DNA from: a bacterium
GTDB taxonomy: Bacteria; Cyanobacteriota; Vampirovibrionia; Gastranaerophilales; JBAXKC01
Length of the DNA stretch: 64,000 bases
Assembly (NCBI GenBank): GCA_037137535.1
Contig: JBAXKC010000005.1
Location: forward strand, 1 to 64,000
Reading direction: 5' to 3'
Under the pieces are notes generated by a model. The model was given only the letters and a program-made list of their open reading frames with translations, was not told the origin of the DNA and ran no database searches. This document shows, one piece after another, positions 50,472 to 60,792 of the stretch. The translations under genes and the position numbers were made by a program. The first letter of the stretch is position 1; every line of letters begins with the position of its first letter.

Positions 50472-52394
50472 TTATGTTAATTTAGCTATTTTTTCCGCTA
50501 GCTGAGCAATTTCCTCACAGTTATCAGCAGAAACATTTATAAGTTTAGTTATTTCAGTCATTTCTTTACCAGCTTCATTCATGTTAGTTTCAAGTTTGTC
50601 TGAAATTTTATTCATTAACTCTACTTGCTTCTGAATTATGGATTCACTAGATTTAGTTGAATCTACAACTTCTTTAGATTGTTCAGAAAGTTTTCTTACT
50701 TCATCCGCTACAATTGCAAAGCCACGTCCATGATCACCCGCACGAGCTGCTTCAATAGAAGCATTAAGTGAGAGTAAATTTGTCATACCTGCTATATTTA
50801 CAATTTCTTTTGATGCTTCAATAAATTCATTAACGCTTTGTTCAACACTATAAATACTATTTTTTAAATCACTTGAGGTTTTAATAAGATTAATTATTTG
50901 TTCTTTTATTTGTTCCGTATTTGCACTATTTTCTTTATTTGAATTAGCGACATTTAATACTTTTTCTATAATCTTATCCACATTTGTTTTAAGAATAGTT
51001 GATGATTCCTCTTTTTCTGCATTAATTTCCTGTAATTCTGCTGTCATTTGTTGTAGTTTACAATTTTGTGCATTTATCATGTCATGTTCTATTTTAAGCT
51101 CTTTTTTATTATAAAATATGCAGTTTTTTAAATGATTAGTATTATTAAATATAGAAAGGGCCATATTTTTACAATTGCCATATCCGCAAGCATTACAGTT
51201 TATGTTTTTATCTTTTTCAGTATATTTATGCAGTTTTATAAATACTTCATTCAATTCGCTTTGATTTGGAATTAATATTTTTACATCAGAAGATTTATTT
51301 TTGTATTTTCTAATAAAATCATTCAAGTCTATTTCTTTGTTAAACATATCAAATAAAGGATAGGTATTTTTATTAAATATATTCTTTGAGCTTTTTTCTT
51401 TGATTTTTTGTTTTTTTGCTAAATTCATTTTATTATCAAGATCATCTATGTGACGATCTTTACATGTCCCTGTCCCCAAATTGCAGCCGAAAGAACAGTT
51501 TAAAATATCTACAATAAGAGGCAAATTTTTATTTTCTTTTACTCTTTTATTATATGAATCAAGGTAACTATATGCATGCTCATTACCTTCTACCTGTCTT
51601 ACCCAGGCATCAGGTATATGGAATTCTACGTTTTCTCTAAGACCACCTGGTCTTGAGAAGGTTAAGCCTAATCCACATCCGATATCATCAAAGTCTGTTT
51701 CTTCATAGCTATTTAGGTTTATATTATTTCTTTTTAAATAATTCTCTATTTTTTTATAGGTAATATTATATGAAATATAACCATTAGTATTGGGATCATT
51801 AAATTCATCTGTTTTTCCAAGACAAGGTGATAAAAAGGCTATGTTATCATTTATTTTTTTATAATTTTTCATGTAAATAGCAGTACAGAGAGCAGGACTA
51901 TGAACAGGTGAGGTTTTTTCGATTAATTCAGGTTTGTATTTTTCTATATAATTAACAATTGCAGGACAAGGCTGTGCAATGACAGAGTCTAAATTTTTAG
52001 TAGTAATCGCTTTGATATAAGCCCATGTACATAGATCAGCACCAAATGACACATCATATATTAAATTTATACCTTTGCTTTTAAAAAATGAAAAAAGTTT
52101 TTTGTAATTGTCAAAATTCAACCTTGCTGCAGGAGCTGCAACAATGGATAATTTTTTACCTTTTTTTAAATCTTCAAAAAATAATTCTGTATCATCATTA
52201 TATCTACGAGCATTATGATCACATTCCTCTATACAATGTCCACAATTTATACATTTATAAGGATCAACTTTAATTTTATTATCGTTGTTTTCGTCTAAAT
52301 AGGCTATATTGGCGTATATTGCAGGACAACCATTTATGCATTTATTGCAACCGACACAATTCTCTTCAATTGTGTAAACAATATTATTCTTCAT
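50472..52394 (-). CDS. Soluble chemoreceptor: 2x[4Fe-4S], [FeFe]-hydrogenase-like domain, FeS domain and MCP signalling domain
   Basis: CVGCNKC...CP, CINCGHC...[65 protein letters not shown]. Confidence 0.9.
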   Translation of the reverse strand: MKNNIVYTIEENCVGCNKCINGCPAIYANIAYLDENNDNKIKVDPYKCINCGHCIEECDHNARRYNDDTELFFEDLKKGKKLSIVAAPAARLNFDNYKKLFSFFKSKGINLIYDVSFGADLCTWAYIKAITTKNLDSVIAQPCPAIVNYIEKYKPELIEKTSPVHSPALCTAIYMKNYKKINDNIAFLSPCLGKTDEFNDPNTNGYISYNITYKKIENYLKRNNINLNSYEETDFDDIGCGLGLTFSRPGGLRENVEFHIPDAWVRQVEGNEHAYSYLDSYNKRVKENKNLPLIVDILNCSFGCNLGTGTCKDRHIDDLDNKMNLAKKQKIKEKSSKNIFNKNTYPLFDMFNKEIDLNDFIRKYKNKSSDVKILIPNQSELNEVFIKLHKYTEKDKNINCNACGYGNCKNMALSIFNNTNHLKNCIFYNKKELKIEHDMINAQNCKLQQMTAELQEINAEKEESSTILKTNVDKIIEKVLNVANSNKENSANTEQIKEQIINLIKTSSDLKNSIYSVEQSVNEFIEASKEIVNIAGMTNLLSLNASIEAARAGDHGRGFAIVADEVRKLSEQSKEVVDSTKSSESIIQKQVELMNKISDKLETNMNEAGKEMTEITKLINVSADNCEEIAQLAEKIAKLT

Positions 52395-52606
52395 TATTTT
52401 GACCCAGCTTCCTTTTTATTTTATTTTAAATCCAACATACATAATCGATATTTTTTCTTTAATTATAATTAGAAAACAATATAGTAATAATAAAAAAATT
52501 TATAATCTATCCTCTTGTCATACTAACTAATGAAAGATTTAATTTTATGAAACATAATTAGTTTAACTTTTATACGGTGGTTATGATAATTTATGAGGTA
52601 TTTACC

Positions 52607-52912
52607 ATGAATGTTTCAAGAATTGATGGTTTTAAAGAAGAAATGCATAATGCTACTGAATCAATGAAAACTAGAATATCAGAAGTTCAAGGTAAAGTTG
52701 AAGAGAATATTAATAAAGCTATGGTTGTTACTGCTGACAGTTTAGAAAATACGGCAAAAAAATTTAACGGTACTGCTGAAGTTTTACGAGAAAAAAATGC
52801 TCAAACTATTAAAAATGATGTATCTGAGCTTGTTAAAAAATATCCTGCTTATACTTTTGTTGGTGCTATGGTTATAGGCTTTATTTTTGGCAAAATGCTT
52901 TCAAAACGATAG
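52607..52912 (+). CDS. DUF883/YqjD-ElaB-like tail-anchored small protein
   Basis: Helical body plus VKKYP...GAMVIGFIFG tail; ATG at 52607 after GAGG preferred over the track start 52577. Confidence 0.65.
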   Translation: MNVSRIDGFKEEMHNATESMKTRISEVQGKVEENINKAMVVTADSLENTAKKFNGTAEVLREKNAQTIKNDVSELVKKYPAYTFVGAMVIGFIFGKMLSKR

Positions 52913-52925
52913 GAGGATTGTAGCT

Positions 52926-53267
52926 TTGTTTAAAAATGAACCAAATTTTAAAGAGAAAAATAATATTCCGCATCTAATTAAAGAAATAGTTAATGAATTT
53001 TTAAATTTGACATTAAAGCACATAAGTTTAATAAAATTTGATATAAAACATGATATTAGAGTTGCAATAAGTCATATATTATTAGGTCTTTTATGCATTT
53101 TTATGGGATTTTGCGGACTTATTTTTCTTGGGTTTTTCTTTATTCTGATGCTGACTAAAGCTTTACCGCTATGGTTGGCTACTTTGTTGGTAGCGTTATT
53201 GTATTTTGTCATTTCTATAATTTTGCTGGCTTTTGCAATGAATAAAATTAACATTGAAAAATTTTAG
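52926..53267 (+). CDS. YqjE/phage-holin-3_6-like two-TM membrane protein
   Basis: AGGAGG (52911-52916) then in-frame TTG at 52926; ISLIKFDIK, two TMs, LPLWLATL. Confidence 0.65.
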   Translation: MFKNEPNFKEKNNIPHLIKEIVNEFLNLTLKHISLIKFDIKHDIRVAISHILLGLLCIFMGFCGLIFLGFFFILMLTKALPLWLATLLVALLYFVISIILLAFAMNKINIEKF

Positions 53268-53290
53268 CATAATATATTTGGAGATTTAAA

Positions 53291-53596
53291 ATGGATAAAA
53301 GACATGAACTTCTAAACGATATTGAGCGTTCGCAGGAGCGCATTCAAGATGATATCTCTCATATTGGAGATATTATTCATAATAAAACTAATATAGCGGA
53401 TGCAATAAAAAAACATCCGTTTCAATCTCTTGCTATTGGAACAGCAGCAGGTTTTGCATTGGCATTTATTTCTACCCCTATTGGAAGAGTAGTTATTAAA
53501 TCACTTATAGGTTCTGCTGTTGCTACTGCCGGTGCTCATTATTCCAAAAAGGGAATAGATTATTTACAATTATTAAAAGAGAAAAAAGTTGTTTAA
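53291..53596 (+). CDS. DUF3618/YqjK-like small protein
   Basis: DIERSQERI..DI, IKKHPFQSLAIG.AAGF. Confidence 0.6.
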   Translation: MDKRHELLNDIERSQERIQDDISHIGDIIHNKTNIADAIKKHPFQSLAIGTAAGFALAFISTPIGRVVIKSLIGSAVATAGAHYSKKGIDYLQLLKEKKVV

Positions 53597-54324
53597 AGTG
53601 GTTTCTTTTTAGGTATTCCTGCCTTACGTGGATAATGAGAGGAAGTGTTCCCGACTTTCTTTATTATTAGTATATTTCTATCAGTATTTTCTATTGAATA
53701 ATCTATTTGTTTTACAGACTCGCCTTTGAGGGTCTGTAAAGCTTTTTGGGCTTCGTTAAGTTCTTCTTGAGCTTCTTTTGCTTTATATGCTGCAAATATA
53801 CCGTCCTTTTTAACAAATGGCAGGCAATATTCGCATAGTATATTAAGTCGACTTACTGCTCTTGCAACAGAAATATCAAATTTTTCTCTCATTTCGACAG
53901 TATGTGCCAGATCTTCCGCTCTTCCGTTTACTGTTTTAATTCGGTCTGTTAATTCTAATATTTCTGCCAATTCTTTAATAAAGTTAATTTTTTTACCAAC
54001 TGAATCCACAGCAGTTAAAGTCCATGTGTCAAATAAAATAATCAGCGGAACTCCAGGAAAACCACCACCACAGCCAATATCAATAATAGAAAGGTTCTTT
54101 TTTTCTCTAATTTCTTCATCAAGATATAAGGAAATAGAGTCTGCGAAATGCTTTGTCATAACTGTTTCATAGCTTGCATCGCTGACTATATTTGTATGTT
54201 CGTTAAACTTATTTAAAAATTCAAAATATTTTCCGAAAAGTTCAATTTGCTTTTCGTTTAATTCAATATCAAATTCTTTTATTTTATTTATTAAAAGTTC
54301 CATAATTTTATCGTCCTTTAGCAT
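53593..54324 (-). CDS. rsmG: 16S rRNA m7G527 methyltransferase (start may be the ATG at 54303)
   Basis: KHFADS, DIGCGGGFPG, DSVGKK, RAE, ARAV, YPRKAGIPKKKPL. Confidence 0.95.
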   Translation of the reverse strand: MLKDDKIMELLINKIKEFDIELNEKQIELFGKYFEFLNKFNEHTNIVSDASYETVMTKHFADSISLYLDEEIREKKNLSIIDIGCGGGFPGVPLIILFDTWTLTAVDSVGKKINFIKELAEILELTDRIKTVNGRAEDLAHTVEMREKFDISVARAVSRLNILCEYCLPFVKKDGIFAAYKAKEAQEELNEAQKALQTLKGESVKQIDYSIENTDRNILIIKKVGNTSSHYPRKAGIPKKKPL

Positions 54325-56995
54325 TCTTTATTCGTTCCATAATAATATTAAAACGAACTTCTCCTATTTCATTCATTATTTGTCTTATTTTTCGGTCAAT
54401 TTTTTCAGAGCTGTCTGTAGAAATTGTAGCTCCTATGGTTTTTCTTGAGAGGATAAAGTTTTTTAGAGATTTTTCATAATCTCTTACATTTAAGAAAAAA
54501 TCGCCAAGATCAAATAAGGAACCTGCAACAAGATAAATATCTTTAGAGCTTTTTGCTGATTCTAGTCCCATATTCAAATAATCAAGGGCTTTATCATTAT
54601 TACCTTGGTAAATATATATATTTGCAAGTTTATTAATTGTTTTATATTCACCATCAAAGTTTTTATTTATTCTGTCAACATTTAATGATTTCTGATAAAA
54701 GTTTAGTGCATTATCAAAGTTGTTATTTTCTTCATAAATAGCCGCAATATTTGCTAATGCTTCCGCTAAGAAAATATTTTGTTCAATATTTTGAAATTCA
54801 GCACATTTTTTATAATATTCCAAAGCTTTTGAAATATTATTCATATCATCATAAACCAGAGCCAGTTTGAATGCAGTAAGAGCATATTGTTCTTTACTTT
54901 GAGCTGTTTCATTTTTTTCTGCAAATTGAAGTGATTTTAAATAATAAGTTATAGCAAGTTCAGCATTTTTCCTGTAATCATAAATCTCCGCTAATCCTGT
55001 GTATGCCTCTGATAGTATTTCATTATTCAGATTATTATTTTTGTCATTAATAACTCTTTTAAAGGCTTTTAGTGCTTCGTCATGTTTATAACTTTCGCTA
55101 TAGGCATTACCAAGCATATTATTTACTTTATTTGCGGTTATATAGTCATTTTCTTGTTGATAAAAGTCTATTGACTCATTATAATAAACCGCTGCATCTT
55201 CATATTTATGCATTTCGGCTAAAATATCAGCTATTTGTATAGATATTTGAGCAACTTGTTTTTTATCTCCTAATGATTTTGAAAGATTTAATGCTTTTTT
55301 ATATTGATAAAAAGCTAAATCAAGTTTATGTGCTTTTTGAAACTCATCTGCTTTTTCAAGTAATTCTTTTCTTTCTTGTGTAGGTGAAATCTTTTCTTCT
55401 TGTTCGGTTGTTTGATCATTTTCTTGAAAAAATATTGGAATAATTAATTTTGACGGGTCAGTTTTTTCTCTTGATAAATCTTCATTAATAGATTCTTCTT
55501 CTAATAATTTTTTTTCATCATCAGAAAGTTCAAAACCTAAATCATCGTCATCCATGTCTTGAATGGTTTCGATTAATTTCTTTTTGAAATTATTGTCTAT
55601 ATTTACTGTTTCGTTGTCTTCAAAGTTTAAGACACTTTCTTCATTTGTATTTTCAATGTTTTTACTTTGTTGTTTCTCTTGTTTATTGGGATTTTTCTGT
55701 GCAGGAGGCATTTGTGATTTTTTAAAATCATAAAATTGATTTGGAGTTGATGCCAATATATTAAAATTGGTTTTAAATTTCGTGCTTATTTTATAGTGAT
55801 AATATTGTTCTGTGTGTAAAAGTTTTCGAGAAAGAGTTATTTCTCTTTCATTTATTGGTTTTGGTATTTGATTTGAGTAAAATTCATGTAAGAAATTATG
55901 AATTTTACCTTTTTCATTTGTGGCAATATGTTTATATATAAGATTTTTAATCATAGGCTTAATGTAGTAATTACCGTTATTATCGGTTACTATCATAAGC
56001 TCTTTGAGTTTATTTATTTTGTGTTCTAAATCACCTTCCGCATTAAGTTTTTGCAGTAGGCTTATTTTTACGGGGTGTCTTAATGCTGATAAAAACCTGC
56101 ATAATTTTATACAATCTTGCGGAATAATATCATATATTTTTTCTATAATATATTCTTCAAAACTTTCTTTTCTTGACGAATATTCTCCAATTAAATCAAA
56201 TGGTGTTATTTTTAAGTTTATTACACCATTTATAAACCATAATAAACTTTCAGGATAACCTCTAGTTATTTCAAAGGCCTGATAAAGTGTGTTTTCATAG
56301 CCTATTAAATTATGATCTTTAAATATTTGCAACGCATGGTTATCATCAAGGCCGCCCAGCTTTATGCGAGAACTGTTTTTCTCGTTAAGGTTAAGTCCTG
56401 ATACCAATAATTTTTGCGAAGAAATAATTAACTTAATATTTGGAAATTTAAGTAAATAGTTCAAAAACTTTGCTATTTCTTCATCGGCAAAGTTGAAATT
56501 TTTGTCGGTTAAAAACTCTAATGAGTCTATAGCTATAATTAACGGTCTTTTTAAGTTTTTTATATACTCTATAACTTTTCTATCAATGGATAAAGTTGAT
56601 GAAGCTTTTATATCACGGGCAAGCTCTGTGTTTTTTTTGAAGAATTTATTCAAATAAGAATATAAAGAAACGATTATATCATCGAGATTAGTTATTTGTG
56701 AGCATTCATAATAAAAACGTAAAATAGAATCATCAAGGCTAAGAAAAAGTGATTTTATAAATTCTGTTTTTCCTACTCCATAAAATCCATTTATAACTAA
56801 AGCTTTTCTCATCTCTGAATTTATTGTTCTGATGGCTTCTTTAAAGTGTTCATTTCGATTTATTAAAATATAAGGTGTGTTTTTATTGATATGTTTTACT
56901 TTTGCTTTGTTTAAAACGTCTAAAATTCCGTCAAATTCTTGTATTGACGGGCTAATATTGTCGGTTAATGCAGTTTTAAAGAAAGATTTTCTCAT
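54308..56995 (-). CDS. STAND-like P-loop NTPase with acidic linker and C-terminal TPR array
   Basis: Walker A GFYGVGKT, Walker B IIAIDSLE, TRGYP (GxP), then multiple TPRs (LGNAY...ALKAF, LAEIY...AITYY, IAAIY...ALNFY). Confidence 0.75.
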   Translation of the reverse strand: MRKSFFKTALTDNISPSIQEFDGILDVLNKAKVKHINKNTPYILINRNEHFKEAIRTINSEMRKALVINGFYGVGKTEFIKSLFLSLDDSILRFYYECSQITNLDDIIVSLYSYLNKFFKKNTELARDIKASSTLSIDRKVIEYIKNLKRPLIIAIDSLEFLTDKNFNFADEEIAKFLNYLLKFPNIKLIISSQKLLVSGLNLNEKNSSRIKLGGLDDNHALQIFKDHNLIGYENTLYQAFEITRGYPESLLWFINGVINLKITPFDLIGEYSSRKESFEEYIIEKIYDIIPQDCIKLCRFLSALRHPVKISLLQKLNAEGDLEHKINKLKELMIVTDNNGNYYIKPMIKNLIYKHIATNEKGKIHNFLHEFYSNQIPKPINEREITLSRKLLHTEQYYHYKISTKFKTNFNILASTPNQFYDFKKSQMPPAQKNPNKQEKQQSKNIENTNEESVLNFEDNETVNIDNNFKKKLIETIQDMDDDDLGFELSDDEKKLLEEESINEDLSREKTDPSKLIIPIFFQENDQTTEQEEKISPTQERKELLEKADEFQKAHKLDLAFYQYKKALNLSKSLGDKKQVAQISIQIADILAEMHKYEDAAVYYNESIDFYQQENDYITANKVNNMLGNAYSESYKHDEALKAFKRVINDKNNNLNNEILSEAYTGLAEIYDYRKNAELAITYYLKSLQFAEKNETAQSKEQYALTAFKLALVYDDMNNISKALEYYKKCAEFQNIEQNIFLAEALANIAAIYEENNNFDNALNFYQKSLNVDRINKNFDGEYKTINKLANIYIYQGNNDKALDYLNMGLESAKSSKDIYLVAGSLFDLGDFFLNVRDYEKSLKNFILSRKTIGATISTDSSEKIDRKIRQIMNEIGEVRFNIIMERIKNAKGR

Positions 56996-57146
56996 ACTTA
57001 GAATATTTTACTAGGTAATTGTCTTTTTTTCCATAAATTATTAATATGATTGAGATTTTATAATGTGTAAAGTAATCTTAACAAATATAGCAATTATACC
57101 AATTTAGTAGTTTTTATAATTATATATAAGGAGGTAAAATCTATTT

Positions 57147-57803
57147 ATGATTAATTCAAATTATAATTCACAGGTTGCATTTGCAGGAAAAGAGAAAACA
57201 GAGAAAAAATCTGCATATCCTGAAAAACAATCTGATAATATAAAAAGAGTTGCCGTTAATACTGCTGTTACTGTAGGGACAGGGGCAGCGTTGGGTGCCG
57301 GTGCTGCTGTAGGTATAAATGAGTTTGCTGTTTCTAAAGTAACTAATGGTATTAAAGAAGTTACTGATACATTTAATAGTAAGTTTCTAAATTCAGATGT
57401 TGCAGAAAAAGTGATTTGTGAAGACTCTCATCCTATTGTTCAACTGGGAGAAAAAATTTCTGATGGATTGAGAGCAGTAAAAAACATATTTGGTTTACCA
57501 AAAAATAATGAATTTAGAACAGGCTTTAATGATGCTCTTGAATCTGCTGCATTTGTCGGAGAAAACAGATATTACTTAAACGGTAATATCGATGAAATTG
57601 GACAGAATGTATTACCTTTTATAAATAATTTCAGAGATGAAATGGTTAATCATATTAGAAGTTGCACAAAAAAGACTATTCTTCCTTTTGCTGCTATTGG
57701 TGCAGCAACTGCTTTAATTCTAGGAACAGCCGGAAGTTTGACTATTCATGGAGTTAAGGATATTTTTAGAACTGATAAAAAAGAAGAAACTTCTAAAGCA
57801 TAG
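57147..57803 (+). CDS. Hypothetical protein with two Gly/Ala-rich hydrophobic segments
   Basis: AAGGAGG RBS; GTGAALGAGAAVG and AAIGAATALILGTAG; N-terminal QVAFAG. Confidence 0.75.
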   Translation: MINSNYNSQVAFAGKEKTEKKSAYPEKQSDNIKRVAVNTAVTVGTGAALGAGAAVGINEFAVSKVTNGIKEVTDTFNSKFLNSDVAEKVICEDSHPIVQLGEKISDGLRAVKNIFGLPKNNEFRTGFNDALESAAFVGENRYYLNGNIDEIGQNVLPFINNFRDEMVNHIRSCTKKTILPFAAIGAATALILGTAGSLTIHGVKDIFRTDKKEETSKA

Positions 57804-57910
57804 ACTTTGAAATTTAAACAAATATTACTAAAAGCTTTAGTCTCTACTAAGGCTTTTAGTTTTTTCATGGGATAATTGTATAGTCATAGTTCAATATTTG
57901 GGGAAAAGAC

Positions 57911-58720
57911 ATGACACAGAATAAAATTAAAGTTGCTGTATGCGGCGCATGTGGCAAAATGGGGCAAGAAGTAATCAGAGCCGTATTAAATGAAGCTGAT
58001 TTAGAGCTTGTTGCGGCTATTGATATTCAAAATACTGGAAAAGATATCGGAGAAATTGTTAATAATACAACTTCTGGCGTAAAAGTAACTAAAGATTTAA
58101 AAGAAACACTTTTGAACTCTAAATCTGATGTTATAGTTGACTTTACATCACCTGAGCTTATCTATAAAAGCTCGATAACTGCTATTGAATGTGGTGTCCG
58201 TCCTGTAATAGGTACAACAGGTTTAAGTGAAGAGCAACTTGCTGAATTAAAAAGACTTTCAGAAGAAAATAAACTTAGCGTATTAATCGCTCCTAACTTT
58301 GCAATTGGTGCGGTTTTAATGATGATGTATGCAGCTCAAGCTTCAAAATATTTTGAACATGCTGAAATTATTGAATTACATCACAATAGAAAAAAAGATG
58401 CTCCATCAGGAACAGCAATTAAAACAGCTCAATTAATGACCGAAGCTCGCAAAGAATTCAGCAAGGATAATATTCCCGAAACTGAATTTATAGAAGGCGC
58501 AAGAGGCGGAGTTACCGACTCAAATATCCATATTCACAGCGTAAGACTTCCGGGTTATATTGCCAGTCAGGAAGTTATTTTTGGAGCTATGGGACAAACC
58601 TTTACTATCAGGCATGATTCCTTCAATAGAGAATGTTATATGCCAGGTGTAGTTTTAGCGATAAAACATGTTATGAAAAATAATGATTTTGTATATGGAT
58701 TAGAAAACATATTATTATAA
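57911..58720 (+). CDS. dapB: 4-hydroxy-tetrahydrodipicolinate reductase
   Basis: GACGKMG, VDFT, GTTG, APNFAIG, ELHHNRKKDAPSGTA, HSVRLPG. Confidence 0.96.
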   Translation: MTQNKIKVAVCGACGKMGQEVIRAVLNEADLELVAAIDIQNTGKDIGEIVNNTTSGVKVTKDLKETLLNSKSDVIVDFTSPELIYKSSITAIECGVRPVIGTTGLSEEQLAELKRLSEENKLSVLIAPNFAIGAVLMMMYAAQASKYFEHAEIIELHHNRKKDAPSGTAIKTAQLMTEARKEFSKDNIPETEFIEGARGGVTDSNIHIHSVRLPGYIASQEVIFGAMGQTFTIRHDSFNRECYMPGVVLAIKHVMKNNDFVYGLENILL

Positions 58721-58731
58721 GGATAAAATCT

Positions 58732-59748
58732 ATGAAAAAGCCTAATATAGCAGTTCTTGGCGCAACAGGCGTTGTAGGAAGCGAAATATTAAAAATATTA
58801 TCAGAAAAAAACTTTCCGTTTGAAAATATAAAATTCCTTGCTAGTGCTAGAAGTGCAGGTAAAGATATTCAATTTAACGGTAAAACTTATAAAATTGAAG
58901 AAGCTACTCCTGAATCATTTGAAGGAGTAAATATTGTTCTTTCTTCCGCAGGAGCAGCGACAAGTAAAGCTCTTGCTCATGAAGCAGTAAAAAGAGGGGC
59001 TGTAGTAGTTGATAATACCAGTTTATTCAGAATGGAAAAGGATGTTCCGCTTGTAATAGCAGGTGTTAATGATGAAGATTTAAGAAACCATAAAGGCATT
59101 ATTGCAAATCCTAACTGTTCTACTTCACAACTTATGCTAGCTTTAAAACCGCTTCACGATTATGCAACAATAAAAAGACTAGTAGTTAGTACATATCAGT
59201 CAGTTAGTGGTGCAGGTATAGAAGCTATTAATGAATTAACAGAAAATACTAAAGCTACGCTTGAAAATAAAAACTACGAAAATAAAGTATTTAAAAAATC
59301 TATTGGCTTTAATGTTATTCCTCAAATTGATGTTTTCCTTGACAATGGATACACAAAAGAGGAAATGAAAGTCGTAAATGAAACTAAGAAAATCCTTCAC
59401 TTACCTGAAAATACTCCTATTGCTACAACAGCGGTAAGAGTTCCTGTTTATATCAGTCATAGTGAAGCTGTAAACGTAGAGTTTGAAAAAGAGCTTTCTC
59501 CTGAAAAAGCTAGAGAAATTCTCTCAACTGCTTTTGGTGTTGTAGTTGAAGACAATCCTTCAGACTTTGTATTCCCTACTCCTGTTGAAACAGCAGGAAA
59601 AGACCCTGTTTATGTAGGAAGAATAAGAAAAGATCTTTCCTGTGAAAATGGAATTGCAATGTGGGTTGTTGCTGATAATTTAAGAATCGGTGCTGCTCTC
59701 AATACTGTAAGAATTGCCGAAAAACTCGTAGAAATGGGTTTATACTAA
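58732..59748 (+). CDS. asd: Aspartate-semialdehyde dehydrogenase
   Basis: GATGVVG, ANPNCST, STYQSVSGAG, RVPV..SHSE, DNLRIGAA. Confidence 0.96.
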   Translation: MKKPNIAVLGATGVVGSEILKILSEKNFPFENIKFLASARSAGKDIQFNGKTYKIEEATPESFEGVNIVLSSAGAATSKALAHEAVKRGAVVVDNTSLFRMEKDVPLVIAGVNDEDLRNHKGIIANPNCSTSQLMLALKPLHDYATIKRLVVSTYQSVSGAGIEAINELTENTKATLENKNYENKVFKKSIGFNVIPQIDVFLDNGYTKEEMKVVNETKKILHLPENTPIATTAVRVPVYISHSEAVNVEFEKELSPEKAREILSTAFGVVVEDNPSDFVFPTPVETAGKDPVYVGRIRKDLSCENGIAMWVVADNLRIGAALNTVRIAEKLVEMGLY

Positions 59749-59767
59749 ATTTATAAAGGAGCTGAAA

Positions 59768-60658
59768 ATGTCTTTAAGATATAATGCCGGAGAAGTTATT
59801 ACAGCAATGGCAACTCCGTTTAATGATAAATTGGCAATTGATTTTGAAGCAGTTGAAAAACTTGTTGAACATTTAATAAATAACGGTAGTGATGCTATTT
59901 TAGTGGCAGGAACAACAGGCGAATCTCCAACTTTAACTCATGAAGAAGAGTTTGAGCTTTTATCAGTTGTAAAGTCTGTTGCAAAAGGTAGAGTTAAAGT
60001 TATTATGGGAGCAGGCTCAAATAGTACTGATACCGCTGTTGCATCTACTAAAAGAGTTACAGCAATTGGCGCAGATGCTATTTTGACTGTAGTTCCATAT
60101 TATAATAAACCGTCACAACGAGGACTTATCGAGCATTTTGGCGCAATTGCAAAGGCGGCGGATATTCCTATAATGCTCTACAATATACCTGGAAGAACAG
60201 GCATAAATATGCAACCTGAAACAATTGTAAAAGTTGCTGAAGAAAATAAAAATATTTTTGCGGTAAAACAAAGCAACGCAGACCTAGATTTAGTTAGTGA
60301 AATTGCTTCAACTGCTCCCGAAGGATTTGTTGTATATAGCGGTGATGACAGCTTAACCTTACCTATGATGTCTTTAGGCGCTTATGGTGTTGTTAGTGTT
60401 GCAAGTCATATAATTGGTAACGATATTAAAGAGATGATTTCTTGCTTTAATAGAGGTGAAAATCAAAAAGCTAGAGAAATTCACTATAAATGTTTCCCTG
60501 TATTTAAAGCTATTTTCACAGCACCAAATCCTGTGCCTATAAAAGCTTGTCTTGAAAGAATAGGAATCATGTCTGATAATGTGAGATTACCGCTTGTTTC
60601 TCTGTCAAATGAGGAAAAAGCTGTTCTTCTTAAAGTTATCGAGCAATTTGAAGGCTAA
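59768..60658 (+). CDS. dapA: 4-hydroxy-tetrahydrodipicolinate synthase
   Basis: GTTGESPTL, PYYNKP, LYNIPGRTG, AVKQS, YSGDD, PNPVPIK. Confidence 0.96.
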   Translation: MSLRYNAGEVITAMATPFNDKLAIDFEAVEKLVEHLINNGSDAILVAGTTGESPTLTHEEEFELLSVVKSVAKGRVKVIMGAGSNSTDTAVASTKRVTAIGADAILTVVPYYNKPSQRGLIEHFGAIAKAADIPIMLYNIPGRTGINMQPETIVKVAEENKNIFAVKQSNADLDLVSEIASTAPEGFVVYSGDDSLTLPMMSLGAYGVVSVASHIIGNDIKEMISCFNRGENQKAREIHYKCFPVFKAIFTAPNPVPIKACLERIGIMSDNVRLPLVSLSNEEKAVLLKVIEQFEG

Positions 60659-60683
60659 TAATTTAAAAATAATTTTGTGAATT

Positions 60684-60712
60684 TACCCCGTACTTTAATA
60701 TACGGGGTATTC
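60684..60712 (+). terminator. Hairpin after dapA
   Basis: TACCCCGTA...TACGGGGTA. Confidence 0.6.
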
Positions 60713-60792
60713 TATTGTAAAAGCTTATTATTGACAATTTTTAATGTATAATTTATTGCCGAGGCTATAAAAACAGATAAAAGGTAAACTAG

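Noticed and set aside
52926-53267. Holin-like gene as prophage evidence
   Set aside because: No endolysin, integrase or structural genes; this family is usually chromosomal
60731-60752. TTGACA and TATAAT upstream of the ThiF-like gene as a sigma-70 promoter
   Set aside because: The two hexamers are only 10 bp apart
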